NCBI GenBank assembly: GCA_963787835.1
Contig: CAWBEI010000007.1
Span: 1-64,000, forward strand
DNA length: 64,000 nucleotides
Direction: 5' to 3'
DNA from: Ignavibacteriota bacterium
Lineage (GTDB): Bacteria; Bacteroidota; Ignavibacteria; Palsa-1295
Position numbers and translations under genes: made by a program. Numbering within the stretch: position 1 is the stretch's first letter; every line of letters starts with the position of its first letter. The notes under the pieces were generated by a model. It saw only the letters and a program-made list of their open reading frames with translations, had not been told where the DNA came from and did not search any database. Below, piece by piece: positions 8,584-18,254 of this stretch.

Positions 8584-10323
8584 ATGAAATTACGACTGAT
8601 TCCACTCCTGCTCATTATTATTGTAGCTTTTTCAAGTTGCAAGGATAAGCTCGTCGGGCCTCCGGCGTCTGTGCAAAAGACACAGTCAACCAACGATACG
8701 CTGGCCTTTTATCCTCATCCTTTAGTCGATGGCAAAGACGTGAGTGGAAATGGGCATAATGGAGTAGTTGCAACATCGGGGCATGTGCCAGTAAGTGGAA
8801 TGGATCGATTTAAAAAAGACTCACTTATTTCATACGGCCCGGTTACTGTAACCAATACTACAGGACTCGATTTCACGAAAAACGATTCTTACACGGTGAG
8901 CGTGTGGTGTAAGCTATTTGGAGGATCGGGCACCTTTCCTATCGTGAGTCTTCCCACAGGATGTATGATTGAGACGTGGGAGTCTGGTGGATTAGATCCC
9001 GCTTTTGGAACGAACCTGATTCACTTTGATTCTTTGGGGAATACTAAAGACTCTGCTTCTGGTTACTTAGGTTACGCTGATACCACTTCGGCATGGAGTT
9101 GGCACATGGTAACGGTTATCGTGAATCCTCAGGATAATTATCCTAATGGCCTGCAAATCTATATTGATTCCCAATTAGTCGGCGTTGGCAGCGCTGGAAC
9201 AATGGCTTCGAGTCCCAAAGCATACTTCCCGATGTATTTAGGCAACAGTGGTTGCCTTGTAGATGATATTATTATTACGACCGGAGTAGCTTCGGCATCG
9301 TGGGTTGCTGCTCGTTTCCACGAAGGTGGATGGAGAGGAACAACACAGTCTGACACGGCCATAGATACTGTCACTCACTGGCATGGACCTACTGTGGTGC
9401 CAAGCGGCATTCTTGGAATGTGCTGGGTTAACGATGCAATTGGTTATGCTTGTGGTCAGCAGGGCATAATCTACGAGACTACCGATAGCGCTCATACGTG
9501 GCAGAAACAAAATCAGACTGCTACCCAAAGCGATCTTTATGCGATAAGCTTTATTCAAAATAGTCCAAAGCAGGGTGTCGCGGTAGGGTATTCCAATGGG
9601 CCAGTAATTGTTACCACAAACGATGGCGGAACGACATGGATTCGTGATACCATTCCTCCTGGTATCGCCACGATTCGCGACGTGATCACAGGTGTCGGAG
9701 GATTTCCCTTTAGTGTTGCAGTTGGCTCCGATTCTGATGGAAATGGTATCATACTCTTTTCAAATTATTGGGGGTACTGGGACATTTCACTTAAAACTCC
9801 GAAGCCACTCTATGCACTTACCGATGCCGGACAATCTAATTATCTGGAAATAAACTATCCTATGATCGCTGTTGGGGATGGAGGGCAGATTTATGTTGCA
9901 ACCGCGTTTTCACGAATTCCCGATAGTATTGAATGGACAGACTATTCTACTGGAAGCGAAAATCTCCGTTCGATTTCGATCATTGGGGGATATCCCTATT
10001 TTGCAGGTGCGGCTCTTGCCGATGATGGTTCTACGCTCTGGTCAACTGACTTCGGTAAAACCTGGACCGAGAATTCCCAATCAATCTCGACCTATATTCC
10101 AAACAGCGCCATCTATATCTGGTCTCCGACGCCATTAGACCTCCCAGGAATGAAAGTGCAAGCATGGATATCTGGATCGAATATCGGGCAAACGCTTGAT
10201 GGTGGTACCACCTGGACTAATATCAATCCGGCGGCTGGAATGACGTGGACATGTATCTCGGCACGCGATGGAGGACATGTTGCGTTCTTAAGCAACAACA
10301 GTTTGTATTGGTTTACACCTTAA
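8584..10323 (+). CDS. Lipoprotein with a LamG-like domain and YCF48/BNR beta-propeller repeats
   Basis: Lipobox FSSC; DVSGNGHNG, WHMVTV and IYID LamG motifs; repeated TxDGGxTW. Confidence 0.78.
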   Translation: MKLRLIPLLLIIIVAFSSCKDKLVGPPASVQKTQSTNDTLAFYPHPLVDGKDVSGNGHNGVVATSGHVPVSGMDRFKKDSLISYGPVTVTNTTGLDFTKNDSYTVSVWCKLFGGSGTFPIVSLPTGCMIETWESGGLDPAFGTNLIHFDSLGNTKDSASGYLGYADTTSAWSWHMVTVIVNPQDNYPNGLQIYIDSQLVGVGSAGTMASSPKAYFPMYLGNSGCLVDDIIITTGVASASWVAARFHEGGWRGTTQSDTAIDTVTHWHGPTVVPSGILGMCWVNDAIGYACGQQGIIYETTDSAHTWQKQNQTATQSDLYAISFIQNSPKQGVAVGYSNGPVIVTTNDGGTTWIRDTIPPGIATIRDVITGVGGFPFSVAVGSDSDGNGIILFSNYWGYWDISLKTPKPLYALTDAGQSNYLEINYPMIAVGDGGQIYVATAFSRIPDSIEWTDYSTGSENLRSISIIGGYPYFAGAALADDGSTLWSTDFGKTWTENSQSISTYIPNSAIYIWSPTPLDLPGMKVQAWISGSNIGQTLDGGTTWTNINPAAGMTWTCISARDGGHVAFLSNNSLYWFTP

Positions 10324-10346
10324 CGGATTGTGTGATGCGTTCTGTA

Positions 10347-10380
10347 AAGCCCGCGCACTCTCGTTCGCGCGGGCTTTTTT
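10347..10380 (+). terminator. Intrinsic terminator
   Basis: AAAGCCCGCGC-loop-GCGCGGGCTTTTT. Confidence 0.8.
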
Positions 10381-10400
10381 GTTTTGAGAATATTGTATCG

Positions 10401-10408
10401 TATATTTG
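10401..10408 (+). promoter_or_regulatory. Bacteroidota-type -7 promoter element
   Basis: TATATTTG matches TAnnTTTG and lies 4 nt upstream of the GTG start. Confidence 0.55.
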
Positions 10409-10412
10409 TTCT

Positions 10413-11837
10413 GTGATTCGCCCGCAACTCATCATTCTAATCTTATTTTTTCCCTGCTTTGCAAAGGCCCAAAATTCTGTTTCCATTTCTCCACTCCTTT
10501 CTGTTGACTTTGGTTCGCCTTTGTTCATCAATCGCACCACGGGATTGCTGAATCCCTTTGGGATTTCGCCAACCGGGAGCAGTTCGGATCTTTCGTATGG
10601 ATTGGGTGCTGAGATTTCTATGCCGGGCATCATCTCAGGAAATTTTGGACTCGATGGCCGGTTGCTTGGAATGTATTCCTCCGGTCGTTTTACGTTTGAT
10701 GCAGCAAATTATTCCGTTTCTGGTATCGACCGAACACTTGAGGTTGAACTTGGAGCGACATGGAGCAATGAGCATCTGAATGCAAGAGTGGGACCATGGA
10801 TATTGCAGTCGATCTCAAGCGATGTTTACGAAAATGATCCCAACGGGAATAATGTGACTCCAGCAAATGCGAAAGCTGCATCAACGCAATTAGGGCTCGT
10901 GGCAGGTGTTGGATTCCAGATCTCCAATTTCCCTATACGTCCTGAACTGAATGCCCATCTCGATCTTACGGAACTTTCAACGGCAGGAGTGAATGCCTTA
11001 AGCGTTGGTATCTCTCTGTCATACGTATTCGGATCGTCTCCGGCTTCAACTAAGACAGTCCCCAATACACTTGAAGTCAAACCTATACCAACAAAACCGA
11101 CGGTTGCCACGCGAGTACATTTTCTCGTCAACGGATCGAAAGTGCATGGCGACCCACCGCTCGAACGCGTTGAAACACATGTCAAACAGTACGAAATGGT
11201 CGATTCGGCGAATGCCTCACCAAGCGTTACGCAGTGGGTGGAGGAGTCGTTTCATTTGCCACATCTTTCACTTGCGTGTGAATTTGACAGGCGCGCTCCG
11301 TGCGATCTGATACTATCGAATAAGGGCGTCAGATTCATCGAAAAACATTTCGAAAGAGATTCGACAAATGTTAATACCTTCGATACCACCATCGATCTTG
11401 AAAGAGATGACGCATGGAACGATGTTTTGTCTCATCTGAATACAACCGAGGATAATTATTTGATCGCTGTATTACGGTTCAATAGCGGACTTCATTCGGA
11501 TGCAATAGATACATTGGTTCTGCCGCCGGCAGATACCTCGCGGGTAGTCGGGACGACGGTAAAACGGCAAGCAAGGTTCGTTCTTTCGGATCATTATCAT
11601 AATGTTTCGGGTGGTGGAGCATCGCTCGATCTATTGCTCGGTAAACTACGATCGCTGCTGGATTCGAATGCTGCTGTTTCTGTGTCTATTATTGAGTCAG
11701 CCCACGATAGATCGTCTGCATCTTACAATGATCTTCGGGCGCTGGCGTACCATTCGCTTGGCGCATCAGGGCAGCGGGCCAGCCGTCAAGAGAGTTCCGA
11801 ACCGAACGGCACGATCACGGTAATTCTGGAATATTGA
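10413..11837 (+). CDS. Secreted/outer-membrane protein with a beta-barrel-like N-terminal half
   Basis: Signal peptide ending AKA-Q; alternating beta strands ending in ISLSYVF; C-terminal domain not recognised. Confidence 0.6.
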   Translation: MIRPQLIILILFFPCFAKAQNSVSISPLLSVDFGSPLFINRTTGLLNPFGISPTGSSSDLSYGLGAEISMPGIISGNFGLDGRLLGMYSSGRFTFDAANYSVSGIDRTLEVELGATWSNEHLNARVGPWILQSISSDVYENDPNGNNVTPANAKAASTQLGLVAGVGFQISNFPIRPELNAHLDLTELSTAGVNALSVGISLSYVFGSSPASTKTVPNTLEVKPIPTKPTVATRVHFLVNGSKVHGDPPLERVETHVKQYEMVDSANASPSVTQWVEESFHLPHLSLACEFDRRAPCDLILSNKGVRFIEKHFERDSTNVNTFDTTIDLERDDAWNDVLSHLNTTEDNYLIAVLRFNSGLHSDAIDTLVLPPADTSRVVGTTVKRQARFVLSDHYHNVSGGGASLDLLLGKLRSLLDSNAAVSVSIIESAHDRSSASYNDLRALAYHSLGASGQRASRQESSEPNGTITVILEY

Positions 11838-11917
11838 GTAAATATTGAGCGGAATCTCCGCCGGAACCGCGAACACCGTGCATTCTGTTCAGACGACCCT
11901 TAGAAATGACGATTATT

Positions 11918-11991
11918 GGGCAATTGGCGCAGTTGGTTAGCGCGCTTCCTTGACATGGAAGAGGTCACAGGTTCGAATCCCGTATTGCCCA
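11918..11991 (+). tRNA. tRNA-Val(GAC)
   Basis: Acceptor stem GGGCAAT/ATTGCCC; anticodon arm CTTCC-TTGACAT-GGAAG; GGTTCGAATCC T-arm. Confidence 0.95.
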
Positions 11992-12102
11992 CACATCAAT
12001 TAATAGTTAAGAATTGAGAATTAAGAATGTTATGGGAGCGAACGTTCACGATGGCTCCGTTCTTGGTTTTTAATTTTTTATTCTTTATTATCAATTTTCC
12101 CT

Positions 12103-13545
12103 GTGTTCCAGCCAAAGACGAAAATCATCGCGACGTTAGGTCCCACGAGCGCGACGGAAGAAATCATCGAAAAGCTCATCCTTGCCGGGATGGACATTGC
12201 CCGTCTGAATTTCTCTCATGCCACGTTCGAGACTCATTTAGGAATTGCCCTTAAGGTCAGATCGGTGGCAGAACGCCTCGGTAAACATATTGCCATTTTT
12301 GCCGATCTTCCCGGCCCTAAAATTCGCACCGGCGATGTTGCCGATCCAAATGGAGTGCTCCTGACGGCAGGGAATATTGTAAATTTGGTCTATGACCCGG
12401 ATATCATTACGACCGCCGAGCGAATCACCACCGGCTATCCATACTTAGGTGTGGATGTGCGACCCGGTCATCCGGTTCTGTTGGATGATGGAGCCATAGA
12501 GCTCATTGTAAAATCGATCGTTTCAGAGACAGAGATCACTGCAACAGTCAAGTCGGGAGGGTTTCTTAAAAGCCATAAAGGCATTAATTTTCCGGCAACG
12601 ATACTTCGTATTCCCACGGTAACAGATCACGATAAAGAGATCGCCAGATTTGCAATCAAAACCGTGGGGGTCGATGCACTGGCGATCAGTTTTGTGCGGC
12701 GAGCCGAGGATATCCGCAATCTGCGGGAATTTCTTCAGGTGGAACTGAATGATAAGACCACCCCGATCATTGCAAAGATCGAAAAACCGGAGGCTGTTGA
12801 GAATATCAACGATATTCTGGCTGAGACGGACATGATCATGGTCGCGCGTGGGGATCTTGGCGTTGAAATGCCGCTGGAGCGTGTGCCGCCCATTCAGAAA
12901 CGCATTGTCGATCTAGCCAATGCTCGGGGCATTCCGGTTATCACCGCAACGCAGATGCTGGAATCCATGATCACGCATCCGCGCCCAACCCGCGCAGAAG
13001 CCAGTGATGTTGCTAATGCGGTGTTCGATGGCTCGGATTGCGTCATGCTTTCTGCGGAAACAAGTGCGGGAAGTTATCCGGTTGAAGCAGTCGCAACGAT
13101 GCGCGAGATCGTGATCGCCGCAGAACGCAGTGGATATGTTCGCATCGAGCATGATTTTGTTCTGCCACATGAAGAGGCGGAATACGCCACGGATTCTCTC
13201 GCGCGCGCAGCATGTGTGCTTGCAGAGGAAGTAGATGCACAAGCCATTATTTGTGCAACACTCACGGGGCGAAGCGCGCGATATATCGCCAAATACCGAT
13301 TCTCACAATTAGTGGTCGGGATGTCCACGGAAGATGCTGCTTTACGCCGTATGGCATTCTATCATGGAGTCGTGCCGCTAAAACTTGAGCAAGTCATGAG
13401 CTTTGATGACACCCTTGAATTCATGGTTCGAGACGTGCAAAAGAAAGGGCTTGTCGGCAATAGCGGATGGATCGTTATCACGGCCGGTCACCCGATCTTC
13501 CAGGTGAGCCATACCAATATTGTGAAGGTGCATTTCCTCGGCTAA
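12103..13545 (+). CDS. pyk: Pyruvate kinase
   Basis: KTKIIATLGP, ARLNFSH, DLPGPKIR, MVARGDLGVE, TATQMLESM and PTRAEASDVANA motifs. Confidence 0.97.
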   Translation: MFQPKTKIIATLGPTSATEEIIEKLILAGMDIARLNFSHATFETHLGIALKVRSVAERLGKHIAIFADLPGPKIRTGDVADPNGVLLTAGNIVNLVYDPDIITTAERITTGYPYLGVDVRPGHPVLLDDGAIELIVKSIVSETEITATVKSGGFLKSHKGINFPATILRIPTVTDHDKEIARFAIKTVGVDALAISFVRRAEDIRNLREFLQVELNDKTTPIIAKIEKPEAVENINDILAETDMIMVARGDLGVEMPLERVPPIQKRIVDLANARGIPVITATQMLESMITHPRPTRAEASDVANAVFDGSDCVMLSAETSAGSYPVEAVATMREIVIAAERSGYVRIEHDFVLPHEEAEYATDSLARAACVLAEEVDAQAIICATLTGRSARYIAKYRFSQLVVGMSTEDAALRRMAFYHGVVPLKLEQVMSFDDTLEFMVRDVQKKGLVGNSGWIVITAGHPIFQVSHTNIVKVHFLG

Positions 13546-13603
13546 TGTAGCGCAAACTTTAGTTTGCGTTGCCCGGGAGTCGCAAACTAAAGTTTGTGCT
13601 ACA
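13546..13603. repeat. GTAG-type REP doublet (second family) overlapping the gatA 3' end
   Basis: TGTAGCGCAAACTTTAGTTTGCG ... CGCAAACTAAAGTTTGTGCTACA. Confidence 0.78.
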
Positions 13604-14947
13604 TATCTCTTTTGCAAGCGCGAACATCGTTTCTTCATCGAAATGCTTTGTGATGAGTTGCGCTCCGACAGGCAATCCTTTTGAATCAAGTCCGACAGGA
13701 ACACTGATGGCTGGCGTTCCTGCAATGTTGGCGCTGACGGTAAAGATGTCGTTCAAATACATCGCAAGCGGGTCACTTGCTTTTTCGCCAAATTTGAATG
13801 CTGTCGTTGGGGTTGTAGGCGTGAGCAGCGCATCGCATTGCTCGAAGGCATGGACGAAATCCTGCGCGATAAGCCGCCGCACTTTTTGAGCGCGGATATA
13901 ATACGCATCATAATATCCGGAAGAAAGCACGTATGTTCCGAGCATGATCCTTCGCTTTACCTCTTTGCCAAATCCTTCGGATCGGGATGCTCGATATATT
14001 TCTTCGAGCGGAACCACCCCCTGGCCCACTCCTTCTTTAGGAGCGGGAGCTGCTCGGCGACCATAACGAATGCCATCGAATCGGGCAAGGTTGCTGGAGG
14101 CTTCTGCGGTGGTCAGGATGTAATAATCCGCAATACAATATTTCGTATGCGGAAGTGAGACATTCACGATCTTACAGCCTGCTTCGACAAGTTTCTTCTT
14201 AGACTCCTCGACAAGTCGGCGTACATCCGGCTCGATGCCTTCACCGAAATATTCGGTTGGAATTCCAATGGTAAGTCCGCGGACGCTTTTATTCAGGGCA
14301 TCAGAATATTTAGTTACTGGAACTGTTGCGCTCGTGGAATCCATCTCATCATATCCGGCCATGATCTCCAGTGCGCGCGCGGAGTCTTCTAATGTTCGGG
14401 AAAATGTGCCAACGGTGTCGAAGGACGAGGCGAATGCAGTAAGTCCAAAGCGTGAAATGCGACCGTAGGTCGGTTTCATCCCAACTACTCCGCAAAATGC
14501 TGCAGGCTGGCGGATAGAGCCACCGGTATCCGTGCCAAGGGCAACATTGCATGCGCCGATCGCTGCAGCAACGGCACTGCCGCCGCTGGAGCCACCCGGG
14601 ACCCGAGAGGTGTCCCATGGATTGAGGACGGTTCCATAATAGGACGTCTCATTCGATGAGCCCATCGCAAACTCATCCATATTTGTTTTGCCAACGATGC
14701 GGACTCCGGCATCGATCAACCGCTGTACGCATGTGGCTGTGTAAAGCGACTGGAAATTCTCAAGAAATCGAGAGCCACATGTAAGGCGAGCGTCCTTTAA
14801 AGCAAGCACATCTTTAACGGCGACCGTCATGCCGGAGAGGGGGCCGGCGTGGGAAGGAAAGCGGTCTTCCTCGAAGGTTTCGAGGAAGGCGTTAAGCCCA
14901 GAACCACGATTTACTGGATTTTGCGGATTTGTAGGATGAATGTTCAA
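13559..14947 (-). CDS. gatA: Asp/Glu-tRNA amidotransferase subunit A (short N-terminus, start uncertain)
   Basis: AVKD, GKTNMDEFAMGSS, PGGSSGGSA, GTDTGGSIRQPA, SSNLARFDG and EVKRRIMLGTYVLS motifs. Confidence 0.93.
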   Translation of the reverse strand: MNIHPTNPQNPVNRGSGLNAFLETFEEDRFPSHAGPLSGMTVAVKDVLALKDARLTCGSRFLENFQSLYTATCVQRLIDAGVRIVGKTNMDEFAMGSSNETSYYGTVLNPWDTSRVPGGSSGGSAVAAAIGACNVALGTDTGGSIRQPAAFCGVVGMKPTYGRISRFGLTAFASSFDTVGTFSRTLEDSARALEIMAGYDEMDSTSATVPVTKYSDALNKSVRGLTIGIPTEYFGEGIEPDVRRLVEESKKKLVEAGCKIVNVSLPHTKYCIADYYILTTAEASSNLARFDGIRYGRRAAPAPKEGVGQGVVPLEEIYRASRSEGFGKEVKRRIMLGTYVLSSGYYDAYYIRAQKVRRLIAQDFVHAFEQCDALLTPTTPTTAFKFGEKASDPLAMYLNDIFTVSANIAGTPAISVPVGLDSKGLPVGAQLITKHFDEETMFALAKEICSTNFSLRLPGNAN

Positions 14948-15125
14948 GATTTTTTACAGAATTAACTCCTTAACAAACGTAAACACTAAATCAATAAAAT
15001 TCAGCGCAATTCTTCACATCTAAGTTTCATCAAACCACAGCCTAATAATTTCATCTTAGTGATAGCATCTTCCTAAATCCTATAATCCATCCTGCGAATC
15101 CGCAAAATCCAGTAAATCGCGGTTC
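14901..15125. repeat. Element bounded by 38-bp inverted repeats (MITE-like)
   Basis: 14901-14938 matches the reverse complement of 15088-15125 at 35 of 38 positions; partial copies near 20473 and 62065. Confidence 0.7.
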
Positions 15126-16632
15126 AGGAGCTTCTTCTTAATTTTGCTACACATTCGATGTGATAGGTTTGCGGAAACATATCGACGGGCTGCAATTCAA
15201 GTAGTTCATAGCCTGCCGCCAACAGTGCAATATCACGGGCTTGTGTTGCGGGGTTGCAGCTTATGTAGGAGATGCGCTCTGGCGCGAGTTTCAGGACTTC
15301 GCTGACGACATCGGGGTGCATTCCATTACGCGGAGGGTCGATGATCATTACATCTGGCCGTTGATGATCGGCCAGAAAATCGGGGGTGGTAAGTGCGCGG
15401 CGAAGATCGCTGGACACAAACGCCACATTCGAAATTCCGTTGGATTCTGCATTTGCCCGTGCATCGATCACGGCTGATTCCACGAGTTCGATGCCTAAAA
15501 CGCCCTTTACTTTATCGGCTACAAAAAGGGAGATCGTGCCTGTGCCGCAATAAAGATCCCAAAGCACATCGCTTGGCTGTAGCTCCGCGAATTCAGCAGC
15601 AATGGAATAGAGGCGTTCTGCTTGCGGCGTATTCGCCTGAAAAAAGCTGTTGGCAGAAATACGGAATTCGGCATTGCCAATTCTGTCGCGAATCGTGCCT
15701 TCGCCATGATAGACGATCTCATAATCACCGACCGCTACTTGCGCCCGGCGAGTGTTGATGTTATTCACGACCGTTGTAACAGATGGAATCTTTTCTAATA
15801 GTTCTTTTGAATATTTTATTAACAGGTCGGACTCTTCCCGGTTCGTAACGAGGTTGACCATGATCTCGCCGGTTGCATGGCTTGTTTTCACGACGAGAAA
15901 TCGGAGAAGATTCGCTATGGTCGGCGCACCATCTTCCGGAACAGCCGGAGCATGATCCGAATACACCCCAATACGATTTTCGATGGTAAATTGGCGAGTG
16001 AAATCCAAAATTTCTGTGACGATCGGTTTTGGTAGATAGCATATCTCGGCATCGATCACGCGATCGTAGCGTTCCCGAACATGAAGTCCGAGCGCGAAGC
16101 GATCCTGAACATCTCCGCTGGCGATCTCTTCATCGGTCAGCCATCGCTGATCTGAAAAGGAGAATTCCATTTTGTTTCGATAGTAGTACTCATTCGGCGC
16201 CGCGAGCACATCACGAACCGGAGGATTGGCAATTTTTCCGACGCGCTCGAAGAGATCGATCACTTGCTGTTTTTTCGAACTAAGCTGCGCCGAATAATTC
16301 ATGTGTTGAAGCGAGCAACCTCCGCAGATCCCGAAATAGGGACAGATGGGAGAACGGCGGTCCGGGCCCGCGGCAAGGATCTCTACAAGTTTGGCTTCGG
16401 CAAAATTGGATTTCGCCTTCTTAATTTCCGCAATGATACGCTCTTCAGCCAGTGCGCCTTCCACAAAAACGACATATCCATCCTCGCGCCGGGCGACGGC
16501 TTTACCTTCGAATGCGAGCGAAGCCGTTGTGAGTTCGAGGCGTTCGCCGCGTTCTGGTCTTGGCAAACGAGATGAAATATTCGATTGTGAAATGTTCGAA
16601 TCCGATATTTCGTTAGTTTCTTTAATTGGCAT
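15124..16632 (-). CDS. rlmD: 23S rRNA m5U1939 methyltransferase
   Basis: TRAM domain; CPYFGICGGC, YRNKMEFSF, DLYCGTG, DPPR, YISCNPATQARD and DMFPQTYHIE motifs; start uncertain. Confidence 0.92.
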   Translation of the reverse strand: MPIKETNEISDSNISQSNISSRLPRPERGERLELTTASLAFEGKAVARREDGYVVFVEGALAEERIIAEIKKAKSNFAEAKLVEILAAGPDRRSPICPYFGICGGCSLQHMNYSAQLSSKKQQVIDLFERVGKIANPPVRDVLAAPNEYYYRNKMEFSFSDQRWLTDEEIASGDVQDRFALGLHVRERYDRVIDAEICYLPKPIVTEILDFTRQFTIENRIGVYSDHAPAVPEDGAPTIANLLRFLVVKTSHATGEIMVNLVTNREESDLLIKYSKELLEKIPSVTTVVNNINTRRAQVAVGDYEIVYHGEGTIRDRIGNAEFRISANSFFQANTPQAERLYSIAAEFAELQPSDVLWDLYCGTGTISLFVADKVKGVLGIELVESAVIDARANAESNGISNVAFVSSDLRRALTTPDFLADHQRPDVMIIDPPRNGMHPDVVSEVLKLAPERISYISCNPATQARDIALLAAGYELLELQPVDMFPQTYHIECVAKLRRSS

Positions 16633-16688
16633 TATATCGAGGCCCATTGGCCGAATGTTCGTAAATTTGCCAGTCAAACCAAGAAATC

Positions 16689-17516
16689 ATGATTAACCTT
16701 ACCAAGAAATTTGGGCTTTTTATTGCTTTGTTTCTCGTGATATGCACTCCACGCTGGGCTGCAGCACAGATCCAGAGAGACACAACGCACTGGAACGACG
16801 AAGAGCTGTACCAGGATGAAGATCAAGGCTCGCCTTCATTTTTCTCGGTTGGTGGTGGAATATTAGGCGCGTATTTTAGTCCGAATCTCTCAAGTTTTAA
16901 TACGAACGTAGCTCAGCCGTTCGTGGGCAAGAATTACCGTGACGAAGTATGGATGATCGGCGGACAGGGCTTCGTTACGCTTCCGTGGGTGAAAAACCTT
17001 CGGGTTGGTGGCATGGGATATAGCGGAACCAGCGTCGATTGCGGATGCACCAATGATACGATCACCCAGAACAGTACTCCAGTCAATCGTTACCTCACGT
17101 ATTCGGTGGGATATGCCGCACTCACGATCGATTACGTGCTGCCACTTCGAACGGGTCGCTTTCATATCGTTCCAGGGATCGCGCTTGGGTATGGCGCAGT
17201 GAACATTTATGCACGGCAAGCAGCTAATAGAATCGATTTTAACATTGGAGATGAGTTCGGTGGGGTTGCGCCTGATAACGTTTATACCACGCACACCTAT
17301 ACCTCGAACTTTTTCCTTTACATGCCGCAAATTCAATTCGAATACTCGCCGTTGGGATATTTGATGTTCCGGCTTACGGCAGCGTATCAGGGAACCTCGA
17401 TGGGATCATGGAGTGTAGATCAGGGTGTATCGCTGGGTAATACCAGTGGGCTTAACGGCGTCAATGGGTCAGGACTTGTCATTAGCCTTGGAGCTTTTTT
17501 AGGAATATTTCAGTAA
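16689..17516 (+). CDS. Outer-membrane beta-barrel protein, function unknown
   Basis: Signal peptide, amphipathic strands and an aromatic C-terminus. Confidence 0.6.
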   Translation: MINLTKKFGLFIALFLVICTPRWAAAQIQRDTTHWNDEELYQDEDQGSPSFFSVGGGILGAYFSPNLSSFNTNVAQPFVGKNYRDEVWMIGGQGFVTLPWVKNLRVGGMGYSGTSVDCGCTNDTITQNSTPVNRYLTYSVGYAALTIDYVLPLRTGRFHIVPGIALGYGAVNIYARQAANRIDFNIGDEFGGVAPDNVYTTHTYTSNFFLYMPQIQFEYSPLGYLMFRLTAAYQGTSMGSWSVDQGVSLGNTSGLNGVNGSGLVISLGAFLGIFQ

Positions 17517-17524
17517 TTACAAAC

Positions 17525-18247
17525 ATGAACGCAGAAAAAGAAACACAATTTTACGAAGGCAAAGCCAAGAAACTCTTCACAGTGCGCGGGAATGACGACT
17601 TGGTCATTCAGGAGTTCAAGGATGACGCGACGGCATTCAACGCGCTGAAGAAGGGAAGCTGGGCGCACAAAGGGGAAGTTAATTGCGCAATGTCCAGTGC
17701 GCTGTTTACGATGCTGGAAGCGAGTGGTATTCGCACGCATTTTGTCGAACAGCTTTCGCCGGTGGATATGCTGGTTAAGCGGTTGCAGATCGTGCCGCTC
17801 GAAGTCATCGTGAGAAATATCGCAGCCGGATCGTTCTGCAAGCGGTACGGCGCAGAGGAGGGTATTGAGTTTAAGCATCCCACATTTGAATTCTCCTACA
17901 AAGATGATGCCCTTGGCGATCCGCTAATTAACGATAGCCACGCACTTGCTCTTGAGTTAGCAACGGAAGATGAGATCGATCACATCCGACATACTGCGCT
18001 GAAGATCAATGACATTCTAAAAGCATTCTTCCGCGAGCGCGGTATCATTCTTGTCGATTTCAAACTTGAGTTTGGCAGGCATAAGGGAGAAATTCTCTTA
18101 GGAGATGAGATCTCACCGGATACCTGCCGGTTCTGGGATGCCGTTACTCGAAAGAAACTCGACAAAGATCGATTCCGCCAGGATCTTGGTGGTGTTGAGG
18201 AAGCCTACGCCGAAATGCTCAAGCGTGTCACAGAACCTGTCGCATAA
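17525..18247 (+). CDS. purC: Phosphoribosylaminoimidazole-succinocarboxamide synthase
   Basis: YEGKAK, FKDDATAFN, LVDFKLEFG, DEISPDTCRFWD and DKDRFR motifs. Confidence 0.97.
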   Translation: MNAEKETQFYEGKAKKLFTVRGNDDLVIQEFKDDATAFNALKKGSWAHKGEVNCAMSSALFTMLEASGIRTHFVEQLSPVDMLVKRLQIVPLEVIVRNIAAGSFCKRYGAEEGIEFKHPTFEFSYKDDALGDPLINDSHALALELATEDEIDHIRHTALKINDILKAFFRERGIILVDFKLEFGRHKGEILLGDEISPDTCRFWDAVTRKKLDKDRFRQDLGGVEEAYAEMLKRVTEPVA

Positions 18248-18254
18248 TTAAGAA

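Noticed and set aside
11967-11984. A-C mismatch in the tRNA-Val T-stem suggesting a pseudo-tRNA
   Set aside because: It is one mismatch, and all other arms and conserved bases are intact
12001-12100. Short periodic repeats as a CRISPR array
   Set aside because: These are degenerate heptamers forming an imperfect hairpin; there is no repeat-spacer structure and no cas gene in the window
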